NCBI GenBank assembly: GCA_041664365.1
Contig: JBAYKW010000001.1
Span: 7,168 to 71,167 of the forward strand
DNA length: 64,000 nucleotides
Direction of reading: 5' to 3'
Source of the DNA: Patescibacteria group bacterium
Lineage (GTDB): Bacteria; Patescibacteriota; Patescibacteriia; UM-FILTER-42-10
In this document: piece after piece, positions 9,111 through 17,718 of the stretch
Position numbering within the stretch: the first letter of the stretch is position 1
Layout of the letters: every line of letters starts with the position of its first letter
The notes under the pieces: generated by a model
What the model was told of the DNA's origin: nothing
What the model saw: the letters and a program-made list of their open reading frames with translations, nothing else
Database searches by the model: none
Position numbers and translations under genes: made by a program

Positions 9111-12100
9111 ATGAAAAAAATTATAACGTTTTTTCTGACATTAACGATATCAGTAATTTATTTAGTGGGTGTATTTCATAATGCTTATGCTGAATCAAAT
9201 CAAACTGAGGATTCTAATATTGCTCAATTACAAAATGAGGACGGGAAGGAAACATTAACTGATCTGCAAAACAAGTTGGGAGATAATCTGCAATACACTA
9301 TCGATCAGAATACTGGCAATTTATCTTTTATAAAAAGCCAGGGTAATGGAATACCGCTTACTGGTGCAAGTAGTAATGCAGTGGGTGGAACAAGTATGGC
9401 CGGGTTATTTTTGAAAGAATACGGCGCGTTGTTTGGGATTAATGATCCGGTGTCAGATTTATCCGTAATGAAAGAGACAACGGATGCATTGGGCATGAAA
9501 CACATCCGATATAATCAGCGCTATGCCGGCGTGCCGGTCTTTGGTGGAGAGGTGATTGTCCATTTGAATGGTAATCTGACGGTTGCTTCGGCCAACGGCA
9601 GGGCTATATCTAATACATCTTTAGATGTTACTCCTGTAATTTCCAGTGAAGTTGCTGTAACAAAAGCGAAAGAAATTTGGCAAAATCAATTCGATACAGA
9701 TAATCCGGAAGTGCTGAAAACAAACCTGTATGTTTTTAATAAATCGCTTTTTAACAAAAATAATGAAGATCAAAATTATTTAGTTTGGCAAATAGAATTA
9801 TATAAAAAAACTCCCAGTCTGCATGAATTTTATTTTATTGATACCCGAGACGGCAGTCTCGTTCACCAAATTACAGGTATCAAGAACGCCATTAGTCGCC
9901 GTATCTATGACTGTTCTTACGGAGATGGTTTTTGTTACTTAGATGCATATGATGCAGTCTCCGCTTATACATTAGGCCGTTCCGAAGGAAAGCCGATCCG
10001 CGGTACCAACCCCTGGTATGGTCTAACCGATGTGGATAATTTGTACAGTATAACAGGTTATGCTCATAATTATTTTTTAAATACATTTAGCCTTAACGGT
10101 GCAAATAATTTAGGCGGGCTGGGAGATGGAACTTATGTCCCATATACAAGGACTGAAGGCCTAGCTTATATAGACCCGGTGTATCCAGCATGTCCAAATG
10201 CTTTTTATGATGGTTACGCTATAAATTTCTGTACTGGCTGGGTAACTACCGATATTGTTGCTCATGAGTACGGTCATGGTGTTACTCAATTTTCTGTAGT
10301 AGATGGTTATGGAAATCCTGCCGGTTTGATTTATTCTGACGAATCGGGTGCTTTAAGTGAGTCTTATGCTGATGTTTTTGGTGAAGCTGTTGAGAATTAT
10401 AGTGATGGATCTGGTGATTGGTTGATTGGCGAGGATTTGACCGGTGGTGCCCTGCGCAGCATGAGTGATCCGATGAGTATGTCATATCCCGATCGTTTTA
10501 ACAGTCCTTATTTTTATTGTGGTGATTCTGACCAGGGGGGAGTTCATATCAATAACTCAGTACCGAATTACGCCGCATATTTAATGGCTATGGGTGGTAC
10601 TTTCAACAATTGTACGATTAATGGTATCGGGCGGGCTAAGGAAGAAGCAATATATTACCGCGCACTTACTCAATATCTCACCACCAGTTCCGGTTTTAAT
10701 GATGCATATAATGCTCTAGTCACTTCCTGCCAGGATCTTTATGGAGCTTTGAGCAGTGATTGCCGGCAAGTAGTTAAGGCTTTACGTGCGGTGGAAATGA
10801 ATCAGGGTGGATACTGCAGTGGACAGACAGCTGTTGACCCGGGTTGTGCTGTTATTGATGCGACGCCAAGTGTTACTCAAGTTTCATCTGATAAAGCTGA
10901 CGGTACTTATATTGCCGGTACCGTGATTGATATTGATGTTACTTTTTCTAAAGCGGTTACTTCAAGTGGTGAAATTACTGTAACTTTGGAAACGGGCGCT
11001 ACAGACAGAAGTTGTACTTTCTCAGTTAGCAACGCTGCTTTCGGCAGTTGTGACTATACCATTCAAGCCGGTGATAACAGTAACGATTTAAATGTTAAAA
11101 GCATTTCTGGCTCGATAACAGATGCTTACGGTAATACGGTAACTGACCTTACACCCGGAAGCGATTTGTCTAGTAATAAAAATATTAAAATCGGTGCTCC
11201 TACGCTTGGACTGTTACTTTCACAAGCATCTGATACTGAACCTTTCATCAAACGTGTTGGTCATCATGGCAACAAAATTAAATCATTCGCTGTACACAAA
11301 GGAAAAGGAGGGGTATTAAGTGTTGAAGCCGATATTAATGGTGACGGAATTAATGAAATTGTCGTTGCGCCAGAAGCCGGACTCGGAGGTAAGGTAAAGG
11401 CTTATACAAAAAACGGGGCAGCGCTTGCTTCTTTCAGTCCTTTTGGCAGTAAATTCAATGATGGAATCAGTCTTACTTCGGGCGATGTGAACAACGACGG
11501 GAAAAAAGAAATCATTGTTTCCCCGCTCACTAAGGGAACGCCAAAAATAAAAGTTTTCCGCTACGCAAATAAAAAATTTACACTGCTGAAAGAGATTAAA
11601 GTTTTTGGCAGTAGTGTCCCGGGCGGTCTGATTGTAAGTTCCGGTGATGTCAATGACGATAATATTGACGAAATTATTGTTTCGCCGTATCAGGATCAGG
11701 ATAAAAAAGATCGGGTGGTAAAAATCTATGCTTACCGTAACAACAAACTGGTTAAACTTGCTTCAAAACAGCTCTATAGTAAACGCACTGAATATCAGGG
11801 AATTAAAACTACCACTGCCGATCTGGACGGTGATGGCAGAGATGAAATTATTGCCACTCCTTCGCTAAATTTTGGCGATGACATCCAGGTCTACGGATAT
11901 GCAAACGGGGGGTTAACGCATCTGGATGATGTATGGGCATACTCCGCGTCTTTTAACGGGCTTACATCTCTTGCAACCGGCGACATTAATTCTGACGGCA
12001 GAAATGAAATTATGCTTACGATAAAAACCGGTGGATTACCTTATGTCTTTATCTATAAATTTAACAATGGAAAACTTGTTCTGCATGACAAATTCCGCGC

Positions 12101-12302
12101 ATATGATAAGGAATTTACCGGCGGTGTCAATCTTGCCGTGCTTGATATTGATGGAGATAATAAAGCGGAAGTGATCACTGCACCATATAGTGGTAAACAG
12201 AAAGTAAAAGTATGGGACGTCGAATCAACTAAACAAAAACTGCACTCTTCCTTTTGGGGGTTTGGCAAGGATTTTGAAGGTGGAATCAATTTTGCCCGGT
12301 AA
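9111..12302 (+). CDS. secreted M4 (thermolysin-like) zinc metallopeptidase with FTP/PepSY propeptide and C-terminal FG-GAP/VCBS β-propeller repeats
   Basis: Signal peptide. HEYGH zinc site within VAHEYGHGVTQF, plus GALSESYADVFGEAVE. At least six repeats of the form GDxNxDGxxEIIVxP. 1063 aa. Confidence 0.8.
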   Translation: MKKIITFFLTLTISVIYLVGVFHNAYAESNQTEDSNIAQLQNEDGKETLTDLQNKLGDNLQYTIDQNTGNLSFIKSQGNGIPLTGASSNAVGGTSMAGLFLKEYGALFGINDPVSDLSVMKETTDALGMKHIRYNQRYAGVPVFGGEVIVHLNGNLTVASANGRAISNTSLDVTPVISSEVAVTKAKEIWQNQFDTDNPEVLKTNLYVFNKSLFNKNNEDQNYLVWQIELYKKTPSLHEFYFIDTRDGSLVHQITGIKNAISRRIYDCSYGDGFCYLDAYDAVSAYTLGRSEGKPIRGTNPWYGLTDVDNLYSITGYAHNYFLNTFSLNGANNLGGLGDGTYVPYTRTEGLAYIDPVYPACPNAFYDGYAINFCTGWVTTDIVAHEYGHGVTQFSVVDGYGNPAGLIYSDESGALSESYADVFGEAVENYSDGSGDWLIGEDLTGGALRSMSDPMSMSYPDRFNSPYFYCGDSDQGGVHINNSVPNYAAYLMAMGGTFNNCTINGIGRAKEEAIYYRALTQYLTTSSGFNDAYNALVTSCQDLYGALSSDCRQVVKALRAVEMNQGGYCSGQTAVDPGCAVIDATPSVTQVSSDKADGTYIAGTVIDIDVTFSKAVTSSGEITVTLETGATDRSCTFSVSNAAFGSCDYTIQAGDNSNDLNVKSISGSITDAYGNTVTDLTPGSDLSSNKNIKIGAPTLGLLLSQASDTEPFIKRVGHHGNKIKSFAVHKGKGGVLSVEADINGDGINEIVVAPEAGLGGKVKAYTKNGAALASFSPFGSKFNDGISLTSGDVNNDGKKEIIVSPLTKGTPKIKVFRYANKKFTLLKEIKVFGSSVPGGLIVSSGDVNDDNIDEIIVSPYQDQDKKDRVVKIYAYRNNKLVKLASKQLYSKRTEYQGIKTTTADLDGDGRDEIIATPSLNFGDDIQVYGYANGGLTHLDDVWAYSASFNGLTSLATGDINSDGRNEIMLTIKTGGLPYVFIYKFNNGKLVLHDKFRAYDKEFTGGVNLAVLDIDGDNKAEVITAPYSGKQKVKVWDVESTKQKLHSSFWGFGKDFEGGINFAR

Positions 12303-12405
12303 TTTTGTGGACAATATATATTAATTCTTCATGAAAGCAACGTAACACTTTGATTGCTATATTTTGTGTATTTGAATAAATAATTTCGGTAAATAAGATA
12401 CCGCT

Positions 12406-12432
12406 TTGACATGCACTAATATGTATGATAAT
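12406..12432 (+). promoter_or_regulatory. TTGACA … (TATGAT/GATAAT) promoter-like element upstream of GC-rich lipoprotein gene
   Basis: TTGACA at 12406-12411. GATAAT follows after 15 nt, or TATGAT after 12 nt. AGGGAGGG RBS at 12466-12473. Confidence 0.35.
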
Positions 12433-12481
12433 TTAGTTTTTCCGCGCTCCAATTGTCTGTGTCGTTCCAGGGAGGGCAGAA

Positions 12482-13132
12482 ATGAAGTTGCTGGATGCCG
12501 GCGTCATGCTGGTGCTCGTGGTGCTGATGGCATGCTGCATGATCAACCGTGATGATGTGGCAACCAACAAGCCGGATATCAGTACGGCTCAGGCGGCGGT
12601 GGATACCGTCTCCTACGATCCACTCAATACTCCGCCGTCAGGGATATCGGCGGTCAACCGCTTCTACGCCATCGTGGCGGAATACTTCCGCACTGTCGAA
12701 GAAGAGAATTCCGCCTGGATGAGTAATGAGCAGCATTCCAAGACCCGGTTCGAGAAGGAAAATCTGACCAGCTTTTTCACCTGGTGCTGTTTGAGGGACT
12801 ATTACCAGGACAAGCTGACACCGGAAGACAAACGCTGGCTGTTTGCCAATCTGGACGGATCGCGCCCACTGCCAGTCGGCATCGCGTTCGACTACTGGGG
12901 TCCGATCACGGACGTCCTGGGATTTGAGCCGACGGGTAATCCGCGTGCAGATTTTGAGGACTTTCTCCTCAACTCCTTTCCGGATACGGATTACCAAACG
13001 GGGTTCGACGCCTTTCATGACGCAAAAGCCATGAAGGCAATTCACCAGACGGTCCGTGCGCGGATGAAATCGCTAGGGGTCGAATATCCCAATGATCTTT
13101 CGCAGGCCGAGAGTCTGCTCACGTCCGAATAG
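12482..13132 (+). CDS. GC-rich putative lipoprotein, unknown function
   Basis: Hydrophobic N-terminus with an L-M-A-C lipobox-like motif. GGAGG RBS. Codon usage far more GC-rich than the neighbours. Confidence 0.55.
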   Translation: MKLLDAGVMLVLVVLMACCMINRDDVATNKPDISTAQAAVDTVSYDPLNTPPSGISAVNRFYAIVAEYFRTVEEENSAWMSNEQHSKTRFEKENLTSFFTWCCLRDYYQDKLTPEDKRWLFANLDGSRPLPVGIAFDYWGPITDVLGFEPTGNPRADFEDFLLNSFPDTDYQTGFDAFHDAKAMKAIHQTVRARMKSLGVEYPNDLSQAESLLTSE

Positions 13133-13165
13133 AAGCAACCGCTTCTGTCCGGATTTTTTTATTTT
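13132..13165 (+). terminator. hairpin (gaagc aacc gcttc / tccgga) plus T7
   Basis: Short stems followed by TTTTTTTATTTT. Confidence 0.35.
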
Positions 13166-13166
13166 A

Positions 13167-13264
13167 CCCCCACACCAATATTATTAATAAAAATGGACGG
13201 ATATTTAATTGTAATTATGTTAGATTTATAAAATGTAAATTAAACTACCATATTGGTGTGGGGA
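13167..13264. repeat. 13-14 bp perfect inverted repeat (ccccacaccaata / tattggtgtgggg) bracketing a 70-bp AT-rich spacer
   Basis: Arms at 13168-13180 and 13251-13263. The arms are paralogous to the hairpin at 16347-16368. Confidence 0.55.
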
Positions 13265-13293
13265 TAAAAAAACGAAGACATGGTTAGTCTTCG
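13265..13293 (-). terminator. intrinsic terminator for the minus-strand GC-rich gene (stem cgaagac/gtcttcg, A-tract on + strand)
   Basis: On the - strand it reads cgaagac-taaccat-gtcttcg followed by TTTTTTT. The stop codon lies in the loop. Confidence 0.5.
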
Positions 13294-13769
13294 CAGGAAA
13301 GAGCGGTAGCGGGCGAGTGTTCGTCAGATTGTTCCGGAATCCTCCAGATGGCCAGCGAGCGACTTTTGGTCTTCCGGTATCCGATACCGTCGTCCGTGGC
13401 TATCAGATCGCGCATTGCGCGCAGGATCCGTGTTTCGCTGACGCCCCAGCCTTTGGCATTGAGGCGTTGCCGCACGTCGTTCGGTCGGATCTCCTTCAAT
13501 GGCTTTGCCATAGCCAGGATTCCGCGGATTTCCGCGAACAGGAGTTGGTCCGATTCCGCAGTGTCGGGGTAGTCGCGTGTTCGTACCTGTTCGGTACAGG
13601 GTACGATATGACGTAGCTTCGCCCTCTTGAGTGTCTCCTTTTCGCGCTTGCGATAATCCCTGATGACGGGGACGGCGAGCAGGGCGACCCAACCCAAGAC
13701 ACAGATGGCGATCAGCAGGTCCCCGTACTGACTGGCTCCCTGAGCGGTGGTCGTGACCGTGGTGTCCAT
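13284..13769 (-). CDS. GC-rich membrane-anchored protein with C-terminal winged-helix-like segment
   Basis: Internal start at MDTTVTT (AAAGG precedes it) is preferred over the track start at 13850. One TM helix. RILRAMRDLIATDDGIGYRK resembles a winged HTH. Confidence 0.45.
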   Translation of the reverse strand: MDTTVTTTAQGASQYGDLLIAICVLGWVALLAVPVIRDYRKREKETLKRAKLRHIVPCTEQVRTRDYPDTAESDQLLFAEIRGILAMAKPLKEIRPNDVRQRLNAKGWGVSETRILRAMRDLIATDDGIGYRKTKSRSLAIWRIPEQSDEHSPATALSCED

Positions 13770-13906
13770 AATAACCTTTCTTGTTCGGTTACTCTCCCGT
13801 CTGGCAAACATCGGTTCCACGGCGTTTGCAGTAATAAAACCTAGCACCACTAGTCTTGTTTGTCAACGAGTGATATAATTCTATAATAATAATTGATTGT
13901 AATAAT

Positions 13907-14155
13907 ATGCCTGAAAAACAAGAAAAAAAAGAAGAATTCGTAATTTCCGGCGATAAAGTTGTGGAAAAAGTGAAGGAATTGATCAAAGAGGGAAATGCCC
14001 GTCGGATTATTATTAATAATGAAAAAGGCGAATCAATTATTGAGATTCCCGTAACAGTAGGGGTAGTTGGTGCTTTGATTGCGCCAGTTTTAGCCGCTAT
14101 TGGTGCGGCAGCCGCTCTGCTGACAAAATGCACAATAGTCGTGATTAAAAAATAG
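13907..14155 (+). CDS. DUF4342-like small membrane-associated protein
   Basis: 82 aa. Pattern EEFVISGDKVVEKVKELIKEGNARRIIINNEKGESIIEIPVTVGVVGALIAPVLAAIGAAAAL fits the DUF4342 family. Confidence 0.5.
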   Translation: MPEKQEKKEEFVISGDKVVEKVKELIKEGNARRIIINNEKGESIIEIPVTVGVVGALIAPVLAAIGAAAALLTKCTIVVIKK

Positions 14156-14158
14156 TGT

Positions 14159-15058
14159 ATGCCAGAAGCAATTATCAGTGTTAAGAATTTTTCTAAATCC
14201 TTCGGAGACAATAAAGTTGTAACTGATCTTTCTTTTGATGTACAAAAAGGAGAAGTCTTCGCCTTGCTCGGTGCCAACGGATCGGGGAAAACAACAACTA
14301 TCCGCTGTCTTTTAAACATTCTACAACCGGATACCGGATCGCTTCTGATTGATGGAAAAAAATATGACCAGTCCATGTCCGGTCACGTCGGCTATTTGCC
14401 GGAGGAAAGGGGATTATATACTTCCGAAAGAGTAATTGATACCATGGTCTATTTCGGCGAACTGAAAGGAATGTCAGCTAGCGATGCCAAAAAATGGTCC
14501 TATGGATATCTGGAAAAAGTCGGATTGCATGATAAGGCAAGATTAAAAGTTAAAAAACTGTCATCCGGCCAGCAGCAAAAGATTCAGCTCGGGATTACGA
14601 TTATCAATCAGCCGGATTTATTGATACTGGACGAGCCGACCAAAGGGCTAGATCCGGTAAACAGGACTCTGCTCATGGATATGCTTTTGGATATGAAGGA
14701 AAAGGGAAGTACGATAATATTTATTACTCATCAGATGGAAGAGGTGGAAAAGATAGCCAACCGTCTCCTTATGATCCAGGACGGCAAACGGATTTTATAC
14801 GGAGCGGTGGATGAAGTAAAAGCGCAATTCGGCGAGGATCGGATACACGTTCAGTTCAGAGGTATATTGCCGAAAAACGACCAACTCTATTCCATCGCTA
14901 ATGACACGACTAATTCCGCCTCCTTGATTTTAAAAGAAGGAATCACCCCGAAAGACACGCTATCATATTTAGCTGGGACAGAACTGAAAATTACAAAATT
15001 TGAAGTGGCGGCACCTTCATTAGAAGAAATATTTGTAATGGTATCAAAACAACAATGA
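14159..15058 (+). CDS. ABC transporter ATP-binding protein
   Basis: Walker A GANGSGKTTT, ABC signature LSSGQQQK, Walker B LLILDEPT. Confidence 0.85.
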   Translation: MPEAIISVKNFSKSFGDNKVVTDLSFDVQKGEVFALLGANGSGKTTTIRCLLNILQPDTGSLLIDGKKYDQSMSGHVGYLPEERGLYTSERVIDTMVYFGELKGMSASDAKKWSYGYLEKVGLHDKARLKVKKLSSGQQQKIQLGITIINQPDLLILDEPTKGLDPVNRTLLMDMLLDMKEKGSTIIFITHQMEEVEKIANRLLMIQDGKRILYGAVDEVKAQFGEDRIHVQFRGILPKNDQLYSIANDTTNSASLILKEGITPKDTLSYLAGTELKITKFEVAAPSLEEIFVMVSKQQ

Positions 15059-16278
15059 ATACAATCCTGAAAGTTGCGAAAAAAGAATATTTGAAGATAG
15101 TTCAGAAACCATCTTTTTGGATTATGATTGTAATTGTTCCAATTCTCTATCTGGGCTTAGTCGCCATTTCGGGAACATCAGCAACTCAGGTTGAAAAAAA
15201 GATAGCGGAAGAAGTAAAAAATATCGATAATGTATTGATCATTGATCAGTCAGGGATTGTTAATAAAGATTCGATTGTTCCCCCATATTTTGTTGCTACG
15301 GATATTGACCAGGCTAAAGAGCAGGTTAGGGAAGGAAAAGCAGATGCGGCGTTTATCTATCCAGAGAATATACTGAATGATAAAGTGATTGAAATATATG
15401 CTATTGATACTAGCCTCATTTCACGTGACCGGTTTAATATTGTGGCAAAAGAAATACTGAAGCAGAATATTTTAATGGAAATCCAGGATCCGGCAAGAAT
15501 TGCATTATTCTCAAGTGAAATAAAACTGGAAAAAACTTTATACAAAGACGGGGTGGTGGTAGATCAGCGATTTGAAATATTCATTATTCCGATAATTTCC
15601 ATATTGGTTTACTTTGTGATGGTCATGTTCTCATCCGGATTTATGTTATCCAGTGTCTCAGAAGAAAAAGAGAATCGGATGATTGAAACAATACTGTCTA
15701 TTGTTAAACCGCGCCAGCTAATCTGGGGGAAACTGATCGGACTTACCGGTGTGTCTTTGACTTCACTGTTTGCCTTAGGAGCTCTGATGACCGGGATCGT
15801 AATTGTTTCGACAAATATTTTTCCGATCACGATTGACTGGTCGGCCGTCGATGTAACATTCGGACAGGTACTTTTATCCATATTTTATACGATCGGCGGA
15901 TATCTATTTCTGTCCAGTATCATGGTGGGAGTAGGTGCGGCAATGCCGAAATACCGTGATGCCCAGCAGTTTTCCTCTGTTTTTATTATCCTTTCAATAA
16001 TCCCGGTCTATTTCGCATCATTTTTGCTGGCGGAACCATCAGGAGTATTATCGAGGACGGTAAGTTTTACCCCATTTACTGCCCCGCTGATTTTGATTTT
16101 CCGCAGTTCAATCGGTGCGTTAACCACCTGGGAGTCAATAATGGGAGTCGTAGTTGTATCGTTATACGTTATGATTGGATTCTATTTTGCATTCAAATTG
16201 TTTGAGGTCGGATCGCTGGAAGTAAATAAGAAAATATCCTTTAAATTTCTCTTACAGAAGCAAAAGGAAAAGAAGTAA
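15055..16278 (+). CDS. ABC-2 family transporter permease
   Basis: Overlaps the ATPase stop. Polytopic membrane protein typical of an ABC-2 exporter partner. Confidence 0.7.
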   Translation: MNTILKVAKKEYLKIVQKPSFWIMIVIVPILYLGLVAISGTSATQVEKKIAEEVKNIDNVLIIDQSGIVNKDSIVPPYFVATDIDQAKEQVREGKADAAFIYPENILNDKVIEIYAIDTSLISRDRFNIVAKEILKQNILMEIQDPARIALFSSEIKLEKTLYKDGVVVDQRFEIFIIPIISILVYFVMVMFSSGFMLSSVSEEKENRMIETILSIVKPRQLIWGKLIGLTGVSLTSLFALGALMTGIVIVSTNIFPITIDWSAVDVTFGQVLLSIFYTIGGYLFLSSIMVGVGAAMPKYRDAQQFSSVFIILSIIPVYFASFLLAEPSGVLSRTVSFTPFTAPLILIFRSSIGALTTWESIMGVVVVSLYVMIGFYFAFKLFEVGSLEVNKKISFKFLLQKQKEKK

Positions 16279-16290
16279 ATTATATCGATA

Positions 16291-16326
16291 AAAGACCTGC
16301 CGAATCAGCCGGTCTTTTTTGTATTA
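16291..16326 (+). terminator. hairpin (agacc…ggtct) plus TTTTTT after ABC permease
   Basis: aaagacctgccgaatcagccggtctttttt. Confidence 0.45.
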
Positions 16327-16346
16327 CCCGCATGGCTTGACTTCTA

Positions 16347-16396
16347 CCCCTACACTTGAGTGTGGGGGTTGACAAAAAATTTTATTCTGGTAGTAT
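16347..16396 (+). promoter_or_regulatory. hairpin cccctacac-ttga-gtgtggggg fused to TTGACA-N16-TAGTAT promoter
   Basis: 9-bp stem ending in GGGG immediately followed by TTGACA (16369-16374); TAGTAT at 16391-16396. Confidence 0.4.
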
Positions 16397-16470
16397 TGGC
16401 AATTACTGTCGCAGGTGGACGAAAAGTTCGCCACATGGATGTGAACCAAAGCCTCTAAGGGGACTGGTAC

Positions 16471-16908
16471 ATGCGTAAGCAGGCAAGTGCTTCCGTCGAT
16501 CGCGTGGAAAAACTCCGCCTCTGGGTGGAACGCTGTGATGATCATGACACGGGGAGTCTCTTCATGTCGATCCGGCCGGGTGCTTCAACACATGAAGGCG
16601 GCGTATATATCAGCTGCCAGGAAGGTACGAGGTACCTCTTCGCTGGTGAAGCAATTAACCTCAAGTCGCTGAATGCTGCTCTCGCGAGTAATATTCGCGA
16701 CGAATTCGAGGTGATTGTGACTGGCGTTCTCTACCAAGTCATTCATGGCGCCTTCGAGGTAGTTACTCAGGCACATCTGGCCGACACCGAGGATGGTGAA
16801 GGCAAGGTTGTGGCACCGAACTGGTCAGAAAAAGAACTGGCACGCATGCGCCGGGACTTTGCTCCCATCCACTTCATTCAGGCGGAAACGCTTGTCGTAA
16901 ACCTGTAG
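16471..16908 (+). CDS. GC-rich hypothetical protein (145 aa)
   Basis: GC-rich ORF between a promoter module and a terminator module. No recognisable domain. Confidence 0.5.
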   Translation: MRKQASASVDRVEKLRLWVERCDDHDTGSLFMSIRPGASTHEGGVYISCQEGTRYLFAGEAINLKSLNAALASNIRDEFEVIVTGVLYQVIHGAFEVVTQAHLADTEDGEGKVVAPNWSEKELARMRRDFAPIHFIQAETLVVNL

Positions 16909-16938
16909 ACAGTCCGTTCTTTTGGTCTTAACCGGCCG

Positions 16939-16978
16939 CCCGTAAATCCCCATTGGAATTTGCGGGATTTTTTTATTT
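16939..16978 (+). terminator. terminator module cccgtaaat-ccccattgga-atttgcggg + ATTTTTTTATTT
   Basis: 9-bp stem with one G·U pair, then a T-tract. Near-identical in design to the element at 17520-17556. Confidence 0.5.
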
Positions 16979-16996
16979 ATGAATTGGGGTGCTTAA

Positions 16997-17053
16997 CCCC
17001 GTTAGAGAAAATTATCTAGCCAGATTGACGGAATATTATTTTCTGTTAAGATA
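16997..17053 (+). promoter_or_regulatory. degenerate copy of the ccccgttagagaa element followed by TTGACG-N16/17-TAAGAT promoter-like sequence
   Basis: ccccgttagagaaa at 16997-17010 shares a 13-nt arm with 6762-6774 but the second arm has decayed. TTGACG at 17025-17030. Confidence 0.3.
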
Positions 17054-17129
17054 CTTATTCACAGTCAGGTATATTTCGATATCTGAATTGTGACCAGGCA
17101 CATTCGAGGAGTGGAGAGAGGAGTGGAGA

Positions 17130-17504
17130 ATGGAACAACAGGGCAGACATCATTCAGCCAGCGTGGAGAAGATTTTCGTTGCAGTGATACTGCGTCCTGA
17201 AGCTCTGCCCCAGGGCATGAGTTTTCTGGGAGACACGAGGGTTAACTTTTCCATCGGAGAAGTTGCCTTTCCCGAACTGCTTCCTTCGGATTCCTATCAT
17301 GTCGACGGAGAGTTGGATCAACTCACGGACGCTGGTCGGGAGAAGGTCAGGCCCGTCTGGAATCGTGCTGTGGATCAAGCCAGGACCCGACTGCCGGAAT
17401 TGGCGACTGTCTTCCCCGATTGGGAGGTGCGCTCCATCTTCCTTTATCGGAACGTCAACAATACCATGGTTCGTGATGTGGATCGATTTGATCTTAAACT
17501 TTAG
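17130..17504 (+). CDS. GC-rich hypothetical protein (124 aa)
   Basis: GC-rich ORF preceded by the direct repeat ggagtggaga(x2), which contains a GGAG RBS. No recognisable domain. Confidence 0.5.
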   Translation: MEQQGRHHSASVEKIFVAVILRPEALPQGMSFLGDTRVNFSIGEVAFPELLPSDSYHVDGELDQLTDAGREKVRPVWNRAVDQARTRLPELATVFPDWEVRSIFLYRNVNNTMVRDVDRFDLKL

Positions 17505-17519
17505 TTGCCATAGGCAACT

Positions 17520-17556
17520 CCCGCAATATCCCACTTGGTATTCGCGGGATTTTTTA
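17520..17556 (+). terminator. terminator module cccgcaata-tcccacttgg-tattcgcggg + ATTTTTTATT
   Basis: Stem with a one-nucleotide bulge, then T6. A paralogue of the element at 16939-16978. Confidence 0.5.
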
Positions 17557-17606
17557 TTGTAATATATTCAATTTTTGCATCAGAATTATGGTTTGGAAGA
17601 CGGGGG

Positions 17607-17635
17607 TTGACAGAATATTAAATTAGGTATATCAT
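17607..17635 (+). promoter_or_regulatory. GGGGG-TTGACA-N17-TATCAT promoter upstream of pilB
   Basis: TTGACA at 17607-17612, TATCAT at 17630-17635. Confidence 0.35.
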
Positions 17636-17718
17636 TGCATGTTTTGCTATTAATAAACGGTTGAAACAGATATTATCAAATAAATGTTCTAATCTTAGCC
17701 AAATAATTTTGTAATAAG

